A stretch of DNA of 61,966 nucleotides, filler included, from Anaerolineae bacterium (GTDB taxonomy: Bacteria; Chloroflexota; Anaerolineae; Epilineales; Epilineaceae), in the NCBI GenBank assembly GCA_029262755.1. It is 7 parts of 7 records of this genome, joined end to end, with 100 filler letters (N's around TTAATTAATTAA, not from the genome) between each part and the next. Parts side by side here need not be neighbours in the genome. Positions count along the whole stretch, not along the records: positions 1 to 11,611 come from JAJCYU010000166.1; 6 more parts are not named here. One strand, given 5' to 3'. The position numbers and the translations under genes are program-made. Below, one piece after another: positions 1-9,221 of this stretch. The stretch's first letter is position 1, and each line of letters starts with the position of its first letter. A model generated the notes under the pieces. It did no database searches, was not told the DNA's origin, and was given only the letters and a program-made list of their open reading frames with translations.

Positions 1-581
1 ATGAGGCTCGCCAGCGCGGCGCCGACGCCCAAGATGAGCACGGCCCACGTGACCTCGGCGATGCCGAAGCCGCCCCAGCCCGCATCGAGCAGAGCGATGC
101 TCGTGTTGGCGATCGTGGCGACGCTGATCCAGCCCAAGTAGATCGAGAAGGGCAGGCGCAGCCAGGGCGACGCATCGCGCAGGCGAACGTAGATCGCGAT
201 CAGCGAGCCAAGGATGCCGACCATCACGACCAGGCTCGCCCCGGTCTGTAGGCCGTGCCATAGCCAGAGCCACAGCATGTTGAGCAGCCCGTTGACGACG
301 AAGAGCCAGCCGATGGCGCGCAGATGCCGATCCGTCGCGCGAGCCGGAAGCGCCTGGTAGATCGCGTAGCCGATCAGGGCCAGGTAGATCACGCCCCAGA
401 TCGCGAAGACATAGCCGGCGGGCGTCACGAGGCTCGGGTAGAGATCGGAGATCTCGCCCGTATTGCGGCCTCGCAGCGGCAGGGCCGTCGCGAGGTAGTT
501 GATCCACAGGACGGCAGCCAAGGTGAGGACGACCGCCGCTTGGCGGACGCGGTCCAACGTGGTGGGGGCGGGGGCGGTCAT
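1..581 (-). CDS. Tryptophan-rich sensory protein (TspO/MBR-like membrane protein), 3' end runs off the window
   Basis: Manual translation from ATG at 581: MTAPAPTTLDRVRQAAVVLTLAAVLWINYLATALPLRGRNTGEISDLYPSLVTPAGYVFAIWGVIY...; TPAGYxFxIWxxIY and later FSIYLGWISVATIAN are typical of this family. Absent from the ORF track because there is no stop in the window. Confidence 0.8.
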   Translation of the reverse strand, partial: MTAPAPTTLDRVRQAAVVLTLAAVLWINYLATALPLRGRNTGEISDLYPSLVTPAGYVFAIWGVIYLALIGYAIYQALPARATDRHLRAIGWLFVVNGLLNMLWLWLWHGLQTGASLVVMVGILGSLIAIYVRLRDASPWLRLPFSIYLGWISVATIANTSIALLDAGWGGFGIAEVTWAVLILGVGAALASL

Positions 582-726
582 GGGTAGGCCCTTGTGTGAT
601 GGGGGACGCGTGTGCGATCGGATTCACGCCGGAAGGTCGATGACTATCGTGGCTGTGAAGGCTACGACGGCGGATCGGACGTCGCGTTCGCGCCGAATCT
701 CACCCCGCTGATTCCGACTATCGGTC

Positions 727-775
727 CGACCGCGCCGTTCGACCGCGCCACTCGACCGCGCCACTCGACCGCGCC
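727..775. repeat. Four copies of CGACCGCGCC at 13-bp period
   Basis: Cores start at 727, 740, 753 and 766, between the greA stop and the TspO-like gene. Confidence 0.85.
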
Positions 776-784
776 CGATACCGA

Positions 785-1261
785 CTACGCGATCTTGAGC
801 ACCTTGAAGCGCAGATCGCCGTTGGGGGTCTTCGCGACGACCGTATCGCCCGCCTTTGCACCCATCAACGCTCGCCCGATGGGCGAATCGTTGGAGATAC
901 GCCCCTCGGCCGGGTTGGCTTCCTGGGCACCGACGATGTTGTAGGTCTCGTCCTCGTCATCGAAACCCTCCTCGGCAATGGTCACCGAGCAGCCGAGGCC
1001 GACGATATCGCCCTTCTTCTTCTTGATGATCTCCGCGCGTCCGATCAGCACGGTCAGCTCGCGGATGCGGCCTTCGTTGTGGCCCTGTTCTTCCTTCGCG
1101 GCATGGTAATCCGCGTTTTCTTTCAGATCGCCCATCTTGATCGCTTCGTTGAGGCGCTGCGCGATGTCCACGCGCGTCACCTTTTCGCGGCGCTCGAGCT
1201 CTTCCTGCATCTTGGTCAGCCCGTCTTTTGTGACGTAGACGGCTTCGGCTTCACGGGTCAT
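785..1261 (-). CDS. greA: Transcription elongation factor GreA
   Basis: GDLKENADYHAAKEEQ and ISNDSPIGRALMG signatures; 158 aa; GGAGG Shine-Dalgarno upstream. Confidence 0.97.
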   Translation of the reverse strand: MTREAEAVYVTKDGLTKMQEELERREKVTRVDIAQRLNEAIKMGDLKENADYHAAKEEQGHNEGRIRELTVLIGRAEIIKKKKGDIVGLGCSVTIAEEGFDDEDETYNIVGAQEANPAEGRISNDSPIGRALMGAKAGDTVVAKTPNGDLRFKVLKIA

Positions 1262-1393
1262 GGGGAACCTCCAGGCGGAACCAACGGCGCGGTAGGGCGG
1301 AATCGTTGGAGCGGGATCATTGGGGCGGTGGCGGCATCCGGAGGGGCGGTCCGGTGCGGGCCGGGGCGCTTCGTCGCCCGTACTCGATTGTGC

Positions 1394-1425
1394 AAAACCG
1401 GCCGACGCGAACCACGCGCGGCCGG
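1394..1425 (-). terminator. Intrinsic-terminator-like hairpin upstream of greA
   Basis: Minus strand reads CCGGCCGCGCG-TGGTT-CGCG(T)CGGCCGG-TTTT: 11-bp stem with one bulge and a short U tract. Confidence 0.55.
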
Positions 1426-1567
1426 AGTGCCGGTAAGCCTGACGGCTTACGCTAGGCGAATCGAAGTCAGGGCCATTGTAGCGTAAACGAATCCGCGTCA
1501 GACACGGTTTGCCGAAGGTCCAGCGGCCAAAGACATGATCGGCGATGCGCGATGCGCCTTGCGCAGC

Positions 1568-2521
1568 CTAGGTCGCAGCCTCGTCCACGCCGCCCATTTG
1601 CGCGAGACGCGCCAATCGCTCCGCCTCCTGCGCCACGAGCCACGCATCTTGGCTCAGCTGTGCATGGGCGGCCGCGAAGTGGGGCCGCGCCTCGTCGTTG
1701 CGCCCCAGCGCATGCAAGCACTCCGCGATCTCCTCGTCGCAGTACCCAATATCGTCTCCGGCGGCCCGTCCTTCCGCCGCGAGCAGGCGTTGCTCAGCGA
1801 GCGCCTCCACGAGCCGGCCCAGGGAGCGCCACGTGCGCGCGATACACCAGCGCATGACCCGCACTTCCTTCGGTTGATCCTGGCTGAGACGATAGTCCCG
1901 CGCCTCCTCGAACAGCGCCAACGCACGATCGAACTCGCCACGCCCGTGGTAGGACCAACCCTGGTTGTTGAGCAATGAGCCCAGCCATCGCCGGGCGCGC
2001 GGATCGGTGGCGGCACGCGCGGCGGAGAGGGCCTCTTCGTTCCACTCCAGGTCCTTGCCCTCGTCGGCGATGGCCAACATGTGCAGCGCGTCGACCACGA
2101 GCCCCGCATCCGCCGCCCGCTCCCCACGTTCGCGGGCCTCATGGAAGAACGGCAGCGCGCCGGCGGGATCGCCGCTTGAGTTCATCGTCCGGCCGCGCTC
2201 GATCGCGATCCATCCCTGTGCGCGCTCCAAGGCGAGATTGGACGCGCTCTGCCCGTCGGTTGCGCTGTTCGGCCCCGAGGACTCACCAAGGCCGGCGACA
2301 ACCTCGTCCGCACGATCGAGCAACGCGAAGGCCTGGCCGAAATCGCGCCGCATTCCGTGCGTGCGGGCGATCTGCGACCAGAGGGTCGCCAGGTAGCCGG
2401 GATTGCCCGCGGCTTCGGCCGCTGGTAGCACCGAACGGAAGGCCGCTTCGCTCGCGTCCGGATCGCCGTAGTTCCACAGGCCGTCGAGATCTGGCAGGGT
2501 AGTCGCTCGGGAATCGGACAT
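1568..2521 (-). CDS. Tetratricopeptide-repeat protein
   Basis: Start reassigned to ATG 2521 (AAGGAG upstream; MSDSRATTLPDLDGLWNY). Helical TPR-like repeats such as LLNNQGWSYHGRGEFDRALALFEEA. Confidence 0.75.
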   Translation of the reverse strand: MSDSRATTLPDLDGLWNYGDPDASEAAFRSVLPAAEAAGNPGYLATLWSQIARTHGMRRDFGQAFALLDRADEVVAGLGESSGPNSATDGQSASNLALERAQGWIAIERGRTMNSSGDPAGALPFFHEARERGERAADAGLVVDALHMLAIADEGKDLEWNEEALSAARAATDPRARRWLGSLLNNQGWSYHGRGEFDRALALFEEARDYRLSQDQPKEVRVMRWCIARTWRSLGRLVEALAEQRLLAAEGRAAGDDIGYCDEEIAECLHALGRNDEARPHFAAAHAQLSQDAWLVAQEAERLARLAQMGGVDEAAT

Positions 2522-2556
2522 CGGAAACTCCTTACGTGCCGTGGGAATCGGTCGCA

Positions 2557-2565
2557 ACCATAACA
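2557..2565 (-). promoter_or_regulatory. Extended -10 element (TGT-TATGGT) for the TPR gene
   Basis: TGnTAnnnT match in the AT-richer divergent intergenic region, about 35 nt upstream of the start codon. Confidence 0.45.
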
Positions 2566-2655
2566 TAAACGTAACCAGTTTTGGAGTACGATGGGAAAGC
2601 CCGCGCCCCATGCCGCGGTTGCTCTGACTTTCGACACAACCGCTAGGAGACACCG

Positions 2656-3456
2656 ATGAATTCCTCGATCCATGTGGATGGCTCGATCTTCCGTTCACAC
2701 CGTTTGCGCGGATGGCGCGCCGTTGCTCCCGTGCTGCTCTTGATCGCCGCGTTCCTGTTCGGTACGCCGACCATCGCTTCGGCCCAGTCGGGGCCGGACG
2801 TGGACAGCGCCTATGCGGACTGGCTGGCCGACTATGGCTCCTGGACACGCGCGGACGTCGAAGCCGCGGGCTACGTGGTAGACCCGGCATGCGTGAAGGC
2901 GGCCGACATGGGTCTCCCGGCCGAGCTGGGCGCGATGGGCTTCCACGCCGTCCATCTCGACTACGCGCAGAGCGGCGAGCTGGACCCAGAGCGCCCCCAC
3001 GTGATTCTGCTCAACGGGGACGACGAGGTCATCGGCGTCGAGTACGAAGCACCGACCGTCATGGACCCGGCACCGGAGATCGTGCCCGGGCTTGCACTCG
3101 AGTTCGCGCCGCCTCACCCCGGCATGGACCACGAGCACATGGCCCGCCACATCTACTTCGTCGGCGACGCCGCGGACCGCTACGGCTCGTGGAACCCGGC
3201 CGTTTCGTGCCCTGCCGACATGGAATCGACGATGGCGCACGCGGACGATGGGGATGACGACGACGAAGACGGTGACGACGACAATGTCGGCCACGCGGAT
3301 AGCAGCGCAGCCACGCACGCCCCGGCGATGCCTGAGGCGGGCGCCGGCGACCTCATACCCGGCGGCACCACGGGCCTCCTGCTGTTGCTCGCGCTCGTAA
3401 TGGGCACCGCGGCGGCCCTCGGGGCACGCGGCGCAAGGACTAGCGCAAAGCGCTGA
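2656..3456 (+). CDS. Exported His/Met-rich protein with C-terminal LPXTG-like (MPEAG) sorting signal
   Basis: AGGAG SD; signal peptide ending ASA|Q; core AGY..C..GAMGFH..LDPERP..GVEY; acidic linker; MPEAG followed by a hydrophobic helix and basic tail (RGARTSAKR). Confidence 0.75.
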   Translation: MNSSIHVDGSIFRSHRLRGWRAVAPVLLLIAAFLFGTPTIASAQSGPDVDSAYADWLADYGSWTRADVEAAGYVVDPACVKAADMGLPAELGAMGFHAVHLDYAQSGELDPERPHVILLNGDDEVIGVEYEAPTVMDPAPEIVPGLALEFAPPHPGMDHEHMARHIYFVGDAADRYGSWNPAVSCPADMESTMAHADDGDDDDEDGDDDNVGHADSSAATHAPAMPEAGAGDLIPGGTTGLLLLLALVMGTAAALGARGARTSAKR

Positions 3457-3877
3457 GGGCTGAACCTTGGTCCCGAGGTCGGCAACGATTCTGCGGAACG
3501 TGCCGGCGCTCGACCTGATGCGACGTAGACGTCGACGTCGTGATCAAACGGGCGAGTCGAAACAAAGATCACACCCCGCGGAGTCGCGCGACCAGTCCTG
3601 GTTGCGAGGCTCCGCGGGTTTCGGGTTCGGGATGGACGCACCGTGTGCGTTCGCGATGCGGGACTCGAATTCGACGTAGCAGCTATCTCCGTCGAGCGCT
3701 TCGGATTCTTCGTCGAGCCGCAAAGCGTGTGTCCGTTCGACCGGTCGCTTGCGGTGGGCACGCCTCCGTCCTCCAGTCTGGAACGACGGGCGCAAAAAGA
3801 CCCGGATCGGCGAAAAACCTCGCCATCAGCGAGTTGGTTGACACGCGATCGCGTGAGCCTCACACTACGTGACCAGC

Positions 3878-5011
3878 ATGATCGACGACCCTGAGGGTGT
3901 GCCCCCCCCTCCCGCATCACCTGCCGCCGGACCCGACGTCGCGCTGACGCTCGATCGGCCGGCCACGCCCGGCGTTCTGGCGCTCCTGCACGATGCCGGC
4001 GCGCTGCCGCGTGAGGCCTACGACGCGCTCGTCGCCCGCGCCACCGCGCCGCCCGGCGTCGCTTCATGGCGGCGGTTTCTGGACGTTCTCCTGCTGTCGC
4101 TCGGTATCGGGCTGGTCCTGGTCGGGATCATCTACTTCTTCGCATACAACTGGGCCGATCTCGGCCGTTTGAGCAAGCTCGGCCTCTTGCTGCTCGCAGG
4201 CCTGATCGCCGCCGGAATCGCCGCCAGGCTCCGCCCGGATACACTGGGAAGCCGTCTTGCGCTGCTGGCCGCCACGGTGCTGGCCGGCGTCCTGTTGGCC
4301 ATTCAGGGCCAGGTCTATCAATCGAGCGCCGACGCCTGGTGGCTCTTCGCCTGGTGGGCGCTGGTGGTGCTGCCGTGGGTGTTCGCCGGCCGGTTTTGGC
4401 CCTTGTGGCTGTTGTGGTTCGCGCTGCTCAACCTCGCGGTCGGCATGTGGTGGATGACCCAGTCGATGGCCTTCGAAACGCTCTTTGATGCGCGCCGTTT
4501 CTACGGCCAGTTGCTGAGCATCGCGGTCATGAACGGCGGGTTGCTGTCGCTCTGGGAGCGCTTCGGCGACCGATTGGCGTCGCCGCCCCCGGAGCTGGGA
4601 CGCTGGATCCCACGCCTGGCCGTGATCGGAATCCACGTACCGCTCGTTCTCGCGATTATCCGCTTGGTAATCGAGGACTTGGATCGCCGCGGGGCCATGT
4701 TCGCTTCCACAGAGCCCCTCGGCCTTGCCGCCGCCGGCCTCTGGGCGGCAGCAACGGTGGCTCTCATCGCCGTGTACCGCGACCGCCGCCCGGATCTCGC
4801 GATCCTGGCGATCACGGCGGGCGCGATCATGGCCGTCGTAACCGCCGTACTCTCGCGCATGCTGTTCGGCAACGACCCGGGCGGCGTGGACGACTTTGTC
4901 ACGGCCCTTCGTTTGCTTGCCATCGGCGGCGCCCTCCTCGTCCAATCCGCGCTCACCGTGGCATGGCTGCGTACCGAGCAGCGCCGCGCTTCCGGCGAGG
5001 CCGCACGATGA
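3878..5011 (+). CDS. DUF2157-family polytopic membrane protein
   Basis: GIIYFFAYNWADLGRLSK and QGQVYQSSADAWWLFAWWA motifs; many TM segments; first gene of the usual trio. Confidence 0.85.
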   Translation: MIDDPEGVPPPPASPAAGPDVALTLDRPATPGVLALLHDAGALPREAYDALVARATAPPGVASWRRFLDVLLLSLGIGLVLVGIIYFFAYNWADLGRLSKLGLLLLAGLIAAGIAARLRPDTLGSRLALLAATVLAGVLLAIQGQVYQSSADAWWLFAWWALVVLPWVFAGRFWPLWLLWFALLNLAVGMWWMTQSMAFETLFDARRFYGQLLSIAVMNGGLLSLWERFGDRLASPPPELGRWIPRLAVIGIHVPLVLAIIRLVIEDLDRRGAMFASTEPLGLAAAGLWAAATVALIAVYRDRRPDLAILAITAGAIMAVVTAVLSRMLFGNDPGGVDDFVTALRLLAIGGALLVQSALTVAWLRTEQRRASGEAAR

Positions 5012-6168
5012 TGATCGGTCGCGAACGCGTGGGCACATTGCTGCGTGCCATGGTCACCGACGGCTCCGCGGCACCGGACGCACCCGCCGCGGCCGCCGCC
5101 GCATTGCGCGACGCGGGCGACGAATCGCCGTGGTTCGTGCGCTTCGTGGCGGGCGGGGCGGCCTGGGTGGCATCGCTGTTCTTCGCGGGCTTCCTTGAGT
5201 TGCTCGATATCGTGAGCTTCATGGAGCACGGCATCATCACCGGCATCGTCCTGGCGGCCGCGGCCATCGGCCTTCGTAGGCTATGGCCGCTGCATGAACA
5301 AACGACCTTCCGAATCGTCGGCGGTGTGCGCGTCGCCAACAAGCCCCGCGTTTGGACCGACTTCGGCGTCCAGCTTGCGCTGGCCCTCAGCCTGCTCGCA
5401 CGCTTCTACTTCGCCTTCGGTGTTTCGGAGTGGTCGGACGAACCGCGTACGGCTGCGTTGGCGCTCGCGGGCATGGAGCTGGTATTCCTGGCCTTTTATG
5501 TCGATACAACGCAACGCTTCCTGAGCACGGCTCTCTTCGGCGCCTGGCTTGGCTTCGCGGCCTACGATGCCGCCGAGGCAGATGTCGTACCCCGCGCTAC
5601 GCGCGACGTGTTGACGCTGGCCTTCGTGGCCACCGCCGGGATGTTCTGGACGCGCCATGCCGATCTCCTTCGTTCTCGATGGGCGTCCTGGGTCACCCCG
5701 GTGGGCTACGGCCTGGTGGTCGCGGCTTCCGGCCTGCTGCTCGACGGCATGCTCTTCGCCCCGTTTCGCAACGTGCCGGCGCTCGGCTGGCCGCTCACCC
5801 TCGGCGTGCTCCTGCTGCTGGCCGGGCTCGCGTGGCATCTGCTGCGCGAGTTGGACATCGACCCCACGTCACCCGGCGCGCTCGTGGTGTGGGCGCTGTT
5901 GATCGTGCTGGCCGCTATCGGCTGGCGCGAGGCCGGCGTGCCGGCCGCCCTGGCCCTGCTCGCCCTCGCCTTCCGCGCTCGCGAGCGCTGGCTGCTCGTG
6001 CTCGGGGTGCTCTTCACGCTGGCCTTCGGCGCCCACTTCTACTACGACCTGGACATCACGCTGCTGGTCAAGAGCGGCGTGTTGCTCGGCAGCGGCATCG
6101 CCCTCCTCGCCGCTCGTTGGGCCCTCGACCGCTGGACGGCCGATCCCGAGCCGGGAACGCCCGCATGA
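5008..6168 (+). CDS. DUF4401-family membrane protein
   Basis: ATGA overlap with the upstream gene; SPWFVR..GGAAWVASLF and C-terminal FYYDLDITLLVKSGVLLGSG motifs. Confidence 0.85.
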   Translation: MMIGRERVGTLLRAMVTDGSAAPDAPAAAAAALRDAGDESPWFVRFVAGGAAWVASLFFAGFLELLDIVSFMEHGIITGIVLAAAAIGLRRLWPLHEQTTFRIVGGVRVANKPRVWTDFGVQLALALSLLARFYFAFGVSEWSDEPRTAALALAGMELVFLAFYVDTTQRFLSTALFGAWLGFAAYDAAEADVVPRATRDVLTLAFVATAGMFWTRHADLLRSRWASWVTPVGYGLVVAASGLLLDGMLFAPFRNVPALGWPLTLGVLLLLAGLAWHLLRELDIDPTSPGALVVWALLIVLAAIGWREAGVPAALALLALAFRARERWLLVLGVLFTLAFGAHFYYDLDITLLVKSGVLLGSGIALLAARWALDRWTADPEPGTPA

Positions 6169-6686
6169 CGCGCCACCAGCTGCTGGTCGCCGCGGGCGTG
6201 GGCCTGCTGCTCGCCGTCGCGGGAATGTCAATCGTCACCAGCGAGCGCCTGATCGACAACGGCACGACCGTCTACCTCGAGTTGGCCCCCGTCGACCCAC
6301 GCGCGCTGATGCAGGGCGACTTCATGGCGCTCGACTACACGGTCGCACGCGAGATCCAGGACGAACTCTACGAACTCGACACGGTGTCCGACGGACGCGG
6401 CCGCGTGCTCCTACGCGTCGATGAGCGCGGCGTCGGCGAGTACGCCGGCCTCATGGCTCCCGACGGCCGCGACGTACCGGCCGGCCACCTGGCCTTTGCC
6501 TACGACGTACGCGGCGGCGCCGTTCAGCTAGCGAGCAACGCCTGGTTCTTCGAGGAGGGCAGCGCCGACGTCGTGGAGCCCGCTCAATACGGCGAGTTCC
6601 GCGTCGCCCCGGACGGCCGCGCGATCCTGGTGGCCATGCGCGACGCGGAGCTGAACACGCTCATGGAGCTGCTGCCGCGCTGGTAG
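6165..6686 (+). CDS. GDYXXLXY domain membrane-anchored protein
   Basis: ATGA overlap; N-terminal TM; LELAPVDPRALMQGDFMALDY and WFFEEG...YGEFRV motifs. Confidence 0.88.
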   Translation: MTRHQLLVAAGVGLLLAVAGMSIVTSERLIDNGTTVYLELAPVDPRALMQGDFMALDYTVAREIQDELYELDTVSDGRGRVLLRVDERGVGEYAGLMAPDGRDVPAGHLAFAYDVRGGAVQLASNAWFFEEGSADVVEPAQYGEFRVAPDGRAILVAMRDAELNTLMELLPRW

Positions 6687-6804
6687 GGCTGGTACTGGCG
6701 GCGGGGACACGTCACGGCGTGCCGGCGATTCGGTGCGGGATGAGTTCGAAGGCGTGGCAATCGCCGCGCGCCTCGCAGTCGCCCGGATCTCGGATCACTT
6801 GGGT

Positions 6805-9220
6805 TCATGGTGCGGCCCTCATCAGGTGCGGAAACGCGATTCTGCGCGCTCCAATCGTTCCCCGGTCTACGCGCGGTGTCGCCGTCACGGATGCGGTTGC
6901 GGTCGCCGCTGTCGTCGCGATCGCCGTCCTCGTCACGGTCGCCGTCGCCGTCGCGGTCGCGGTGCCCGTTCGCCGTGGCTCAACCGTCGGCACCGGCGGC
7001 GGGTCCACCGCTGGGCGATCGTAGATGTGCATGCTGCCGCCGTGGATGGCAGCGACCCAGTCATGGCCCACGATCGGATCGGTCGGCAACGTAGCCGGCG
7101 AGTTTGCTCGGGCAAACACCGTCGGCCAGAAGGGATCGCGCGCATCGACCAGGAAGAGCGAATCCCTACCGACGGAGGTCACCGCGACCGTTCCGTCGTC
7201 CGCGGCAACCTGCAGAATCGAATTCTCGAAGTCCAGATAGCCGCGCTCGACAGGCCGCTCTGGGTCCCGCACGTCGAGCACGAACAGCCCCAATGCGCCC
7301 GCGCTGACAACGAGGGAGCGGCGTGCCATCGCGAGGCCAATGATCGTCGGCCCCGCGATGAGCCCCGTGCCGTGTAGGCCGGGATTCGCCGGATCGCCTA
7401 GCGCGATGCGACTGATACCTGATCTCTCCGCCACCCAAAGCTCATCTTCGTCGAGCGCCGCAGCCGAGATAGAAGTCCTGATCCACCCTACCTCGCGATA
7501 GCCGCCCGACTGCAGTGGTTGTAGCGTCACGACGCCGTAGCTGCCCACGACTACGAGATGGTCGCCCACGGTGCCGAGAGTGAACGGTGTTCCCACGTCA
7601 ACGCGGGCGATCTGCGTGGGCGGAGCGGAAGGTGCGTGCGCGTCGAACTCCAACACATTGCCGTCCGGCGTGACGGCGCGCACGTGATCGGCGTCGGCGT
7701 TCACGGCGCGCGATGCATTGTCGAACGGATGCGTGGCCACGCGGACGGACATCGTAGACGAGCATGAGCTCGTCGTATCCGGTCGCCCACAGATGGTCAC
7801 CGTGCGCGGTGCCGAACGCAGGCGTTCCAAGCCCCCACACCTGATGGTGCATACGGGTAGACGTCAGATCATCCGCCACGTCGTGCACGGACAGAGATGC
7901 TCGCTGCGCCGTGACGAGGCGTCCGCCGGCCAGTGCAGGACCGCCAACGGTGCTTCCGGGAATTCTGCGGAAACGGGATCGGTCGATGCGGTAGGCATGG
8001 GTCTGGTTGCCTGCCATGCGTGTGAACGCGAATGTCCCCTGCACCACGAGACCAAGCACGTCGCGAGCACTCCCATGGTTCATGTCTACGATATGCCGTA
8101 CGATCCGCGATCCGAAGAGTCCATCTGCCTCCGCGACCACGAGGCCCGTCTGGTCGCCGCCCGTGATAATCCGGTTGTCCTCCGCGACTAGATGGCGCAA
8201 GGCACCCACGACCTCGAACTGGGCGACGGGTTCGTCCAGGAAGCCACCGTCTTCGTCCCGCCGATACGCGAGGAGCTCGGACCGATAGATGGATACGCCC
8301 GGTGGCGGGGTTCCCGGCGGCCCAGGAATGAGACGGCTCACCCACAGCCAGTCCGCATTCGCCGCGATACCGCTGAAGCTGCCCTCCACTGCAACGGGCG
8401 CCGGCAACAGCTCAAGGGTTACCGCGTCGCGTGCAACCAGGCCATTCGTGCGCGGCCCGAGGAGGAGCATGTTCCCATCCAACGCCATCGGAACGAACGC
8501 ACGCCGGCCTACGTCGATGCGCGCCGTTTCTTGCGGAGGACCGGACCCGTCCACCTGGAGTGCCACGAGCGTGCCATCAACTCCCTGGACGATCAATCGG
8601 TCTTGGTCAGCAACGATCGAGAATGCGGAGAACCCGTCCTCGTTCCACGTCGTGCCTTCGTGGAACGTGCCGTCCGCGTCGACCGACACGCGCGTCAGGC
8701 GAGAAGGCGAGGCGACCCAGAGCCTCTCGCCCCCGCGCTCGCCGACCATGACGTCGATTTTGTCGTCCACGAAGCTGCGACGGGGTAGAACGGGGACGTT
8801 AGCGACGGCCGCCGTCTTCGTCCGGCTACCGGCCCTTGCGACGAGTGGATTCCCGTCCGCAGCGTGTTTCGCGCGATTGACGTCTGCTTCCCCGCGAACC
8901 GACGTGGCGACGGCGACTGGTGGGCCCAAGTCCATGCGATGTCCGGCAACGCTCGGCTCGCCGCTGCTCGGACCGTCGAGGTGCGATCCGAAGGCGGCCG
9001 CGGAGCGCACCAGCACGGTAGCGGTGAGCACCGCGGCGGCGATCGCGCCGGCCTGCGCGATCCACGTCGTACGGTCCGCCCGTCGCGGCAGCGTCGGCTG
9101 GTTCCGACCACCGTCTTCGCCGGCGCGAGCGACCTTCGACCGGTCGCGCGGACCCGCTGTGTGCGCACCGGCGCACGGACGGACGACGTCCGACGCCACC
9201 CCGCCGACCCGGCCCCGCAC
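6805..9220 (-). pseudogene. Exported LVIVD-like beta-propeller protein, frameshifted near 7745 (real or assembly error); start approximate
   Basis: ORF 7598..9448 is propeller-like until YDVR and then degenerates. ORF 6805..7830 continues in another frame (VATHPF...GLFVLDVRDPERPVERG...) to a Thr/Ala linker and an IAFPHLMR tail. Confidence 0.65.
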
Positions 9221-9221
9221 C

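Noticed and set aside
727..775. Short repeats (also 22393-22536 and 59873-59997) as a CRISPR array
   Set aside because: Units are 8-18 bp, directly tandem, with no unique spacers and no cas genes.
3544..3795. 83-aa minus-strand ORF in the 3457-3877 intergenic gap
   Set aside because: No recognisable motif, SD or convincing codon bias.
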